In this document: one piece after another, positions 1 to 9,241 of the stretch
Layout of the letters: every line of letters starts with the position of its first letter
Numbering within the stretch: the first letter of the stretch is position 1
From: Promethearchaeota archaeon
GTDB taxonomy: Archaea > Asgardarchaeota > Lokiarchaeia > Sigyniarchaeales > SOKP01
Reading direction: 5' to 3'
DNA length: 64,000 bases
Assembly: GCA_019057795.1 (NCBI GenBank)
Contig: JAHLWS010000075.1
Coordinates: 1 to 64,000, forward strand
Notes under the pieces: generated by a model
Database searches by the model: none
The model's input: the letters and a program-made list of their open reading frames with translations, nothing else
What the model was told of the DNA's origin: nothing
Position numbers and translations under genes: made by a program

Positions 1-1907
1 TGTCTTACGTTTTCGGGAAGCTCGTTGAAGTTTTCTGCTATAGCAAAAGCTACAGCCTCAGCGGCTTCTTCTTTTTCAGCAAGATATTTTAATAGTTCTA
101 TAAAAATTTCATCATAGAATTGCTCGTAATCATCAACTTCACTAATGAGATCTTTCATAGCTTTAAAGTATGATGGATGCGAAAATTTAATTCTATTATG
201 AGAGGTAATCTCTATTTTATCTTCTTTAAACCAATTAACAACATCGTTAAATTTCCTAGCATTTTCTAAATCTAAGCTCTCTATTAAGTTTTGGTAAGTT
301 TCTTTAACGAATTCCTCTCTCGCATATCCCAAAACATATAAAATTGTTAAAAATAACACCTTATCTTTGGTCATCTCCTTAATTTCTTTTAAAAATGCCC
401 ATGTGGTTCCCTCTGATTTATCTTTTATCATTGTTAGTAATTGCTCCTTTACATTAATATTGATACTTACTCCAACAAATTCTCTTATGTTTAAAAGCGT
501 AGGTAAATTATATTTGCTCTCTATCTGGTCTAGAACAAAATTCTTCAATTCTTCGTTATTTAACCATATACATTTTTTTAACATAGCCCAGTTTGTAAGA
601 ATTTCTTTTCTTTTTTCAGTAGTATAAGACGGCTTCCCAATGCTCAATCTCTTCTCAAACGCTTCAAGACGCGTTCCAGAGAAAGCTCCTTTTTTAAATT
701 CATTAAAAACTTCTTCCCTTGAGGTAATAATAATATATAAATCTTTAGCATTCTCGATCTCTTCTAAAATACTAGTTATTTTTCTTTCTAAATCGTATCT
801 TTTTTCATATTTAATTTTTCCAAAAGGATCTTCAAAATAAAGGATTTTCTTTGTTACTGGTTCCGATTCTAAATCTTTCATTTTTTGTAATCTGCTTCTG
901 ACATTTAATCTTTCTTCTCGATCTCCTCCTCGAATCCATTCTGGTTTGTATCCCGATTCATAATATTTCCACATAAGGTAAATTGCGGTGTATGTCTTTC
1001 CATATTCCGGCGTTCCTGTTATAAACACGATTTTCTTTTCTTTTAATGTTTTTGAAATTTCTTCAAATTCCAGAGGAGGAACATAAACCTTATCAATCCA
1101 CTTAAATTCATTAGGTAAATAACCCATGCTTGGAACAACGGGTTGACTTTGAAGAAAATGTTTCAAATATAAAGCAGCAGCATGGGCGGCAAATTTTTGC
1201 CATTTGTCTACTTTCAATTTATCCGCGTTATCAGAGATTCCTCTTACTGGAATAAATCCTGGCGGAGGTTTTGACATCCAAGTTGCTATAAGAACGCCCC
1301 AAGCTTCCATTTCAACTGCGAGCATTTTAGGAAGATATTTCAATAAATCATTTATAAACAGCTCACTGGCAACTACTTTCTCTCCAGAGGCTATAAGACC
1401 AAAATGTATATTAGGGTTATAAGGGTTTTCAGGGGGATTAACTGAAATTTCATCTATCCAATTGATATCCTTGAAATTTTTAAACCTATCAATTAATAAA
1501 GCATCGGTAAGCGCTCCCTCAGTTCTACGCTGGAGATTATCTGAAAAAGATTTACCCTTTTCGTAATATCCAATAGAGGTTCCAACGACGATATCACCAA
1601 TTTTAACTTCATTTTTTAATATTCCCCCGGCTATTCCAAGCATAATTACATGTTTAGGATGCAATTTTTCAATAACTTTTCCGCTTAAAACCCCTGCGTG
1701 AACATTACCCACATTTAATAATAAAACTAAGGTAACTTTATATGTTTCGATCTTATTAGGGAAGTGAATTTCTGTCTGATAATATGTCGGAATTTCGTCA
1801 TCTATTTGAATTGTTTCAAAGTTTCCTATTTGCTCAATAACTGCGTCTCGTTCAATTTCGAGGGCTGTAACAATCAAAAAATCAATATTGGTATTTAATC
1901 TACTCAT
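1..1907 (-). CDS. PNP/MTA-SAH nucleosidase + STAND (nSTAND3-like) NTPase + helical repeat protein (NLR/Avs-like), 3' end outside window
   Basis: Hand-translated from ATG 1907 (missing from the ORF track because there is no stop in the window): MSRLNTNIDFLIVTALEIERDAV...MLGIAGG...IGDIVV...IASGEKVVA...AVEMEA...VRGISD (PNP_UDP_1 motifs). Then IVFITGTPEYGKT (Walker A), ILYFEDPFG (Walker B), IIITSR, and at the edge AEAVAFAIAENFNELPENVR (repeat-like). Frame checked at 1907, 1310, 1001 and 59. Confidence 0.9.
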   Translation of the reverse strand, partial: MSRLNTNIDFLIVTALEIERDAVIEQIGNFETIQIDDEIPTYYQTEIHFPNKIETYKVTLVLLLNVGNVHAGVLSGKVIEKLHPKHVIMLGIAGGILKNEVKIGDIVVGTSIGYYEKGKSFSDNLQRRTEGALTDALLIDRFKNFKDINWIDEISVNPPENPYNPNIHFGLIASGEKVVASELFINDLLKYLPKMLAVEMEAWGVLIATWMSKPPPGFIPVRGISDNADKLKVDKWQKFAAHAAALYLKHFLQSQPVVPSMGYLPNEFKWIDKVYVPPLEFEEISKTLKEKKIVFITGTPEYGKTYTAIYLMWKYYESGYKPEWIRGGDREERLNVRSRLQKMKDLESEPVTKKILYFEDPFGKIKYEKRYDLERKITSILEEIENAKDLYIIITSREEVFNEFKKGAFSGTRLEAFEKRLSIGKPSYTTEKRKEILTNWAMLKKCIWLNNEELKNFVLDQIESKYNLPTLLNIREFVGVSININVKEQLLTMIKDKSEGTTWAFLKEIKEMTKDKVLFLTILYVLGYAREEFVKETYQNLIESLDLENARKFNDVVNWFKEDKIEITSHNRIKFSHPSYFKAMKDLISEVDDYEQFYDEIFIELLKYLAEKEEAAEAVAFAIAENFNELPENVR

Positions 1908-2469
1908 TATTACTTTCGGTTTTTTAAACCTTAATTAGATTTTCTGGAATTTTTAATCAATCGTTAAGTAAGATAAATTGTTAAGAATTTGGTATATCAT
2001 TTCGATTTATATTCTTAAAGAATTAAATCTTTTATTAAAACTCTCGCCATAACAAAATCTTGTGCCTAGCAAAAATCTCATTTCATCTGCACTTCATGTA
2101 ATTCGAATAGAATGCTTATTTTTATAAAGATTGGTGATTAAATAACATCGCTAAATTTGGGAGTGGTGGAGTTAAAGAATATTGGCAGGAATCGCCTTTT
2201 TTATAATCATCATTTTAAAGGTGTTAAAGACAATTAATCTGCTAATAAGGACACTTTATTAATCTTTAACAACAAAGTATATTTTATTAAGAAATATCTT
2301 CTAGGAAAATTTACAGAATTTTTAATAATTAAATATGACCAAGAAAAAGAAAAAGTATGAAGATTATTATTCATTAGACGTAAAAAGAAAAGGATACTTA
2401 ATTTTTCTGATTTATTGATGATGATATTAAAAAGATTTGATTATGATTTTATTAGTAAATTAATATTTA

Positions 2470-4065
2470 TTGGGGTGTATCAACATAGGACTAATTGATT
2501 TTATAATTACAAATGATAGAAATAATTTGGATCAATTTATCAAAGAAGTAAAAGAAATTTTAGTTTTCTTTGATCCGATTAGCAATCAAATTCAAAAACT
2601 CATTGTGGATTTTTATAAACGTAAACCAGGATGCTCTTGGAATGATGAAAAATTTAAATACGATATACACGTTCTTAGTTTTGGATATCAACTTAAATCA
2701 CTAGATGGAATCATTTTTCGTTTGTTAGAGGATTTCATTAAAGAAAATATTGATAAATGGATTCAAAAGTTTTCAAATAAAGATTGGTTTGAATATAACA
2801 AAGATTTTTATTATATTGCTAAAGAAATTTGTAATTTCTTAACGAGAATTTTTATTAATGCTTATTCTGGTGAAAATCTTCAGATTATAATAAGTAGAGA
2901 GCTCGACATTTTGTTTGAAATAAAATCTCCAATTACAAAAAGGATTAAACAAGTTATTATTCAAAATTTAGCATTGGAAAAAGATCAAGTTTTTGATTTT
3001 AAAGACCAAATTTTAACAATAAAAGGCCGAGAAGAGAGATGGCACGAAGGAAAGATTGCTAAATCATGTAAAATTAATGATTTTTCTTTAAAATTAAGCT
3101 TTCGTTTGCGTAGGATTTCGCCAGAAGAATTCGAATTGTTCTCTAATTCAAGAGGGTTGCTTACTGACCAGATGAACATATCTACTTGTTTAGAAATAAT
3201 ATATGAATTTCCTAATGACAGATTTGCATCAAGGCTTTCTGAATTAACATTCCAATCTCATTTAGCTACTTATGAAGTTGCAGATTTTATTGATAAAACC
3301 ATTAATAAATTAGTAATTGCAATTAAATTCTCTACAGGATCGTATGTATATCCTGTTGTTTTAAAGTCTATTCCTCAGAATTATTATCTGCAGAAGTTTT
3401 TTCCTGAAGGTTTTACTATTCGCCATAGAAATTGGATGTATTCATTCTTCACAGGAAAATGTATAATCGATTTAGAAAGGTTTAAAACAATCCAAGACAT
3501 TTTCGATCTCTTAATCGATTTTGAGAAATTCCAAATTGCTGAACAAGTCTTGACGATAATGGAGCGTGCTGATAGTGCTTTACAATATGAATTATTTTTA
3601 ACTTCAATTACGATGTATTGGATAATTACAGAATCAATTTTATCTGGAAGTAAAGTTACTATTGCAGAACAAATAAGTTGGTTATATGGTCCTTTACGAA
3701 GAAATGTTGAGAGAGAGTTTTGGAAATTAGTCTATAACCTCAGAAATGATTATATGCATGGTAAAATCTGGAATACTATAAAAGATAAAATAAAAATTAA
3801 ATATCAAAGCAAAAATATTAAATGGTTCGTCTTAGTGACTCGTGAAAAAATAATGCGTGTATTACTTTTTTTATTTTTTTTACATAAATCATCAGATCCA
3901 CTAGAGGAATTATTCAAAACTCGTAAAAATTTTAATTATCCTCCTTCACTCACTCATAGTGATTGGAATAAATTCAAAAAATGGATTCAACTAGGAAAAG
4001 AAAATGAATTAGGAAGTCCACAAAAATATAAAATTAGGATTGGATTAAAACTTATTTCAATTTAA
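2470..4065 (+). CDS. HEPN-domain (Apea-like) protein
   Basis: C-terminal helical region with YWIITESIL ... YNLRNDYMHG (R-x4-H HEPN motif). TTG start is uncertain; upstream short ORFs hint at a frameshifted N-terminus. Confidence 0.7.
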   Translation: MGCINIGLIDFIITNDRNNLDQFIKEVKEILVFFDPISNQIQKLIVDFYKRKPGCSWNDEKFKYDIHVLSFGYQLKSLDGIIFRLLEDFIKENIDKWIQKFSNKDWFEYNKDFYYIAKEICNFLTRIFINAYSGENLQIIISRELDILFEIKSPITKRIKQVIIQNLALEKDQVFDFKDQILTIKGREERWHEGKIAKSCKINDFSLKLSFRLRRISPEEFELFSNSRGLLTDQMNISTCLEIIYEFPNDRFASRLSELTFQSHLATYEVADFIDKTINKLVIAIKFSTGSYVYPVVLKSIPQNYYLQKFFPEGFTIRHRNWMYSFFTGKCIIDLERFKTIQDIFDLLIDFEKFQIAEQVLTIMERADSALQYELFLTSITMYWIITESILSGSKVTIAEQISWLYGPLRRNVEREFWKLVYNLRNDYMHGKIWNTIKDKIKIKYQSKNIKWFVLVTREKIMRVLLFLFFLHKSSDPLEELFKTRKNFNYPPSLTHSDWNKFKKWIQLGKENELGSPQKYKIRIGLKLISI

Positions 4066-4474
4066 ACAAACAAGTTCTTTTCTAATTTAAATGAGAAACG
4101 ATATCTGCGTTTAACTTTTTTGCGATTTTTTCTGCTTGGGTCAATTCTTTTTTTTCCTATTCTAACGGGAGTTAGTTATTTATAAGAGTATTTACATACC
4201 ATAATTGACAAAAAAATTTGTAGTTATCTATGGTTGGAAGTCTCTTTATGAATTTATGGCTGCTCAAAACCTGAACGCATATGGCTATTTGTAACTCTAG
4301 GTATAAACAAGTTTTTTTTTCTCTCAGGTTATCCAAGCCTGTGATTTCATATATTTTTTTGTACACTTATGTAAAGATTTAAATTTAATTACTACTTAAG
4401 TTTAATTTAAAAATTAATGATTTAGATTTGAAATCTTTTCAGGTAATTATTACAACTAAAAATTTTGATGTATC

Positions 4475-5827
4475 ATGGATATTAAGGATGAGAAAGAAGA
4501 ACCGTATAAAATTGATAAAAAGGCAATGGTTTTACTTGCTTCAGATATACACATGGGAGCATTAAGAACAAATATAAGCTTATTTAATGATTTTCTGACA
4601 AACATAATTAGTGGATTAAAAGTTGAATATCTTAAAAATTTAAAAGCCCTCATAATATTGGGTGATTGCTTCGATATAATTATGGATAACTACGAGGATT
4701 TTTATGAACACAAGTTATATAACGATATTTTAAACAAATTTAATATTTTACATGAAATGGACGATTTTAAGTTAATTTTTTCTCTTGGTAATCATGAAGT
4801 TTCCGTAAAGGATGACTATGATAAAAATTTCTTAATTGAGAAGTCAAGTTTTCTGGATGAATTTAATAAAGTTAATAATCAATTTGGAGACAAATATTCT
4901 TTCTTAACTAAGAATAATTTTTCTCAATATGTTATTTTAAAAAATAATATTTCATTAAAACCTGAACTCTTCTTATATGACACCAAACAACAAATAGCTG
5001 AGAATAAAGGAATTATAATTCAATTAAACATTAAAGCATCTGCAAAAAAGAATAATAATATCCTCCTAACCCATGGTTTTCAATTTGACCCTAATTTAGA
5101 CTTTTTTTCGAAAGTATGGGACTTCTCTTTGAAGGTAAAATCTAAAATCGTAAAAGAAATAGCAGATGGAATCTGGAATGGATTCTTTAAGGTAATTTAT
5201 AACAAAGGTAGAAGGTTAAGAGATTATTCTGAAAAACGCAAAGACAGACTTAATAAAAAAGGCAAAAGATTACTTGATAAAACGACTAAAAGTTATTTTG
5301 AGAAATATAAGTTAGAGATCAGTGAACTTGAAAAGACACGATTAGATGAGTTAATTGAGAAGAAGTATAGAGCAGACAAACATAGAGATGATATAAAGGA
5401 CAATTCATTCAATAAAAAAGTTGAAACTGAGTTTTTACCAAAATTGGAAGATTTAGGATATAAAGAACATTTTAATTATATTATATATGGTCATACTCAT
5501 CGCAGATGGCCCCGTACTTTTTTCAGGAGGATAAAGCCTATATATCAGCAACTTGAGCTTTTTAAAATAAAAGACACATTTCTTTTCAATACTGGCGCAT
5601 GGCAACATGTGGATTATCCAAGTTTTATCCAAATTGATAACGATTGGAATATTAGCTTGGTCGATATAAAAACAAAAATAAGCAAAGTTGAAGAAATTTT
5701 AGAAAAGCCACCCTCCCAGAGATTAAAACAAGAACTATTTAAACCACAGCAACAAATCCAACCCCAACAAGAAATTCAAAAAAAACAAGGTATAGAGCTT
5801 AAATTGAAAAAAGATTACGACTTCTGA
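4475..5827 (+). CDS. Calcineurin-like metallophosphoesterase
   Basis: Motifs SDIHMG, GDCFD, GNHE, THG, GHTH, NTGAW; Q-rich C-terminal tail. Confidence 0.85.
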   Translation: MDIKDEKEEPYKIDKKAMVLLASDIHMGALRTNISLFNDFLTNIISGLKVEYLKNLKALIILGDCFDIIMDNYEDFYEHKLYNDILNKFNILHEMDDFKLIFSLGNHEVSVKDDYDKNFLIEKSSFLDEFNKVNNQFGDKYSFLTKNNFSQYVILKNNISLKPELFLYDTKQQIAENKGIIIQLNIKASAKKNNNILLTHGFQFDPNLDFFSKVWDFSLKVKSKIVKEIADGIWNGFFKVIYNKGRRLRDYSEKRKDRLNKKGKRLLDKTTKSYFEKYKLEISELEKTRLDELIEKKYRADKHRDDIKDNSFNKKVETEFLPKLEDLGYKEHFNYIIYGHTHRRWPRTFFRRIKPIYQQLELFKIKDTFLFNTGAWQHVDYPSFIQIDNDWNISLVDIKTKISKVEEILEKPPSQRLKQELFKPQQQIQPQQEIQKKQGIELKLKKDYDF

Positions 5828-5882
5828 CTGATGCCGTATGACTGAAAAAGATTTCAGACTAATTTCTAAATTTTTAATTATA

Positions 5883-6518
5883 TCATAACCTATTTTTTTT
5901 TCTTTTTAATATAAGAATTACTTTTTCTAGCTCTTTATCTATATCATGAGGGAACATTTCACCCAATTCGAACTCATCAGCACAATAAACTAAAGAATAG
6001 GTTATATCATTCATGAATAATCCTTGAAATATAACAAACCAATCATTCAAATGATCACGTAATTTTTGAGTTAAGTCCAAGAATATTTCTATCTTAAGAT
6101 TAGCTATACTTCGTAATTTTATTAAATGTCCTTCATTTAACCAATCCATAATCCTCTGATTTTCTCGTCTCATATTCTCCTTTGTAAAAGTTCTTATTAA
6201 TTTGAACTTTTCAAGTTCTTTCTCACTATAAAGGTTATGTAACTTCCGAAATAAATCATTATATCCCTTATAATATCTCTCCTTTATAACTGGTTCATTA
6301 GCATAGGTCTCTTGTAAATATTCACTAAATTCGTTTCGCTTAAGACCTTGTTGTATATGAGCATTTTTAGATTGTAGTAGTATTGTTTGAAAGCGCTCTA
6401 AGTTATGGATTAATTCTTTTCTTTCCTTTTTCATAACAGTAAAAAAATCAGTAAAGATCTTAAGAAAATAACCTAAAAATAGCGTAATGATTGGAAATAA
6501 CAATTCAAATAAATCCAT
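5883..6518 (-). CDS. Hypothetical protein with N-terminal TM helix
   Basis: 211-aa ORF with hydrophobic N-terminus and helical body; upstream AGGGTAAG purine-rich tract. Confidence 0.6.
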   Translation of the reverse strand: MDLFELLFPIITLFLGYFLKIFTDFFTVMKKERKELIHNLERFQTILLQSKNAHIQQGLKRNEFSEYLQETYANEPVIKERYYKGYNDLFRKLHNLYSEKELEKFKLIRTFTKENMRRENQRIMDWLNEGHLIKLRSIANLKIEIFLDLTQKLRDHLNDWFVIFQGLFMNDITYSLVYCADEFELGEMFPHDIDKELEKVILILKRKKNRL

Positions 6519-6831
6519 TTGTGATCTTACCCTCTATTTAATATCAATTTTGCATGTGTAATAGAATGTTATTTTTGATTTAATTTCAATAGAAATTTAA
6601 GATACTTAAGAATTTAAAGTTCTTTACGAAAAAGAGAATTCTCTAATCACCGTTTAAAATCTAAAATATTTTTTTTTAAAGATGTAACAATCTAAAACTA
6701 ATATAAACGCTATAATAGAGTCTGTTCCTCCATAAAACACATTCTTTAAAGCTGCGTTTTAGGAATGGAATACTCTTTAAAGAGAGTAAATCATGAAAAA
6801 AAAAAGTGAGATTTGATTATGTCTAAAATTG

Positions 6832-7206
6832 CTAAACTACAGCGCTAACCAATGCAGCTTCTATAACGATTATTGCATTTGACAAAAATATCCCTACATT
6901 TGCCGAAGGAATAACGTATGCAGGAATTAGAAGAATAAAGCTGATTAATCCTATTATCCCTCTAACTAGCCATGGTTTGTTAATGAAGGGTCGTAATTCT
7001 TTCCTTTTCTCTGCATCAGGATCTTTTTCATTTACGGTTCTTTTACTAAAGTAAAAAATGAGTATACCGTTATATGCACCAGTTAGCACTGGAACACCCA
7101 CATCATCTGAAGGTATAAATAATAATAGAATTCCAAAAATTAATAACCCAACTACGATCACCAATGATATCATTTCATACTGCCCAAATTTCATTTTATT
7201 AACCAA
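6832..7206 (-). CDS. Small 4-TM membrane protein
   Basis: Four hydrophobic segments; two halves weakly similar (IPSDDVGV / IPSANVGI). Confidence 0.6.
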   Translation of the reverse strand: MVNKMKFGQYEMISLVIVVGLLIFGILLLFIPSDDVGVPVLTGAYNGILIFYFSKRTVNEKDPDAEKRKELRPFINKPWLVRGIIGLISFILLIPAYVIPSANVGIFLSNAIIVIEAALVSAVV

Positions 7207-7483
7207 CTCTTTTAATTTTTTTTCTAAAATTTTTACTTTTATGTAAACTTATTTTCATTTTAAATAAAAGTTTAGTAAATTCTTCAATAATAATTACGGA
7301 AATCTTCATATATAAAGTTTATATTTTTCTGGATTCCGAAATCCATATTTATATAAATCGCAAAATATCCGACAAAAAGAGATAATCTCTGTAATATATT
7401 ATTACTTCTCTGATAAGATTGACACAAAATTAATGATAGCTTTATTAATTTTTAACTTTATAAATTTCTGAATAAAACTGTAT

Positions 7484-7579
7484 TTTTTTAACGATATATC
7501 TCATCCTATACGAGATCATTATGAAATAACACCAACAGGGAGAGACCATTTTGAAAAAAAATTTAAAGAAATAGAATAG
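7484..7579 (+). pseudogene. Remnant of a winged-helix (PadR-like) C-terminus
   Basis: Start-less frame ...RDHYEITPTGRDHFEKKFKEIE* resembles the YEITxxGR wing of PadR/wHTH proteins. Confidence 0.35.
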
Positions 7580-7976
7580 AGAGTCTTAGCAAATTTATTC
7601 GCATTTTTTTAATCATATTACTTTTTCCAGAAATGTTTTATTTCTTCTAAGTACTCCGCTAGTTTTGATTTATCCAATCAATTACGGAACGCAAAAAACT
7701 TCTTTCCTACATTATTATAGAGCAATCCTAATCTCGTTAAGCCAATTTTCAAACATAATAAAGATCCTCATCCATCCTTAAATTACAGATTTTGGTAGTC
7801 ACATAAGCAAGGAAACATTCTCGGGCTTCTTTTAGGGCTTTATGTTTGTGTTTTTCCATAAGGAAGAGAAGCCCATAGAAAATAGATAAACATTTAGTAG
7901 ATATTTTTTTATTTTTAATTATAATAGCATACCAATCATGAATAAAATTGTACCTTATAATAATTCGTGTAAAAAA

Positions 7977-8447
7977 TTAAGAACCTATGAGCAGCTCAAC
8001 TAACAATGTCTTGGGATCGTATGCAATACCTTCAATTCTAAGATCGGTTATGTAATGACCCCAGATGCCATACCTTCCTTGAGATGGTTTCCTATTATAT
8101 AGATTTTCGTAAGTTCCAGGATCACCCGCATCTTTTTCTTCAGTTTCGTATATCTTTTTATACCCTTCATAAATACAGCGAAACAAATCCAATCTAGTAA
8201 ATCCGCCTTTATTAGTGTATTCAAAGCTCGCCTTATTTTTTAAAGGGTAGGTAAACACAATAGAAACAGTCTCTTCTCTTATCAAAAGCTTCTTAGGACC
8301 TATAATCGCATTTAACACATCTTGTTTTTCCCAATCGACTACGTAAGTACATAAAACTCCGTGATCACCCGATTTATAAAGAATTTCAAGAACCTCTTTG
8401 CCGGGGTAAAATTTTCGCATCCTTCTTGTAAAAGAATTATCTTCCAT
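7977..8447 (-). CDS. Conserved hypothetical protein
   Basis: 156 aa with motif-like YPL..GGFTR...YKKIY...NR..GRYGIWGH...DL.IEG. Confidence 0.7.
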   Translation of the reverse strand: MEDNSFTRRMRKFYPGKEVLEILYKSGDHGVLCTYVVDWEKQDVLNAIIGPKKLLIREETVSIVFTYPLKNKASFEYTNKGGFTRLDLFRCIYEGYKKIYETEEKDAGDPGTYENLYNRKPSQGRYGIWGHYITDLRIEGIAYDPKTLLVELLIGS

Positions 8448-8835
8448 ATACTTTCACTTGGTTTTGTAATTATTAAATACTTATTTTGATCATTAATTGT
8501 TATTCTTTTATTTAAAGGAAAATTTAATCTAGCACTTTGGAGAGAATTCTTAACGATTTTTACCTGAAAAGATCTATAAATATTTTTTAACTCAAATTGC
8601 TAATGGAATTACCCAAACTAATGTTAGGAGTAAAAAATCTTCACTCATCAAACAACCTTTTTATAAAAAATACATATTATCAATAATTCTACCAATGCCA
8701 TTTAGTAATTCTCTTCCTTTTTGGATTTATATTTTCATGATATCTGATTCTCTAATTTTATCAAACATTCTACTCATAATTCTACGATTAGCCTTTTCTG
8801 AAAGAGAATAGAATTTGATTATTAATAAATTCTAA

Positions 8836-9045
8836 TTATACAATATTAGGGGTATACCTAATCAGGAATTGATTTAAGTAATTTTCTGGATCTTTAAAAA
8901 TTGAGTTTAAGTAATTATGAAAATCGCTGCCTCCTCCAAATGACCAGCCCATGTAATTGAACCATGCTGATCCGCGTTTATAGAATTTAATCGACTGACT
9001 AGTAATTTTCACTTGATAGTTGTTATACTTGTAGGCGTTGTACAC
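8836..9045 (-). pseudogene. Short ORF / probable gene fragment
   Basis: 69-aa GTG ORF with protein-like composition in a decayed region. Confidence 0.3.
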
Positions 9046-9241
9046 TTTTCAAATATGATTAAACGTTTAGTTTAATTTATAAGGATAGACGGTATAATAT
9101 TTTACAATAGCAGTAATTAAACCTCGCGAGTTAAAAACACCTAAAAAGCCAGAGAAAAATAAAAGAAGATTATTACTATATGGGTTAACCTTGAAAAAAG
9201 TATCTGATAAAATACTTTTTATTGTTTAGAAGGGATATTAA

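Noticed and set aside
367-1422. Three short + strand ORFs in the track
   Set aside because: Antisense shadows of the long minus-strand PNP-STAND gene.
4080-4366. 64-aa ORF and nearby fragment (ELTQAEKIAKKLNADIVSHLN*)
   Set aside because: Possibly a decayed gene, but no recognisable family; cannot support a call.
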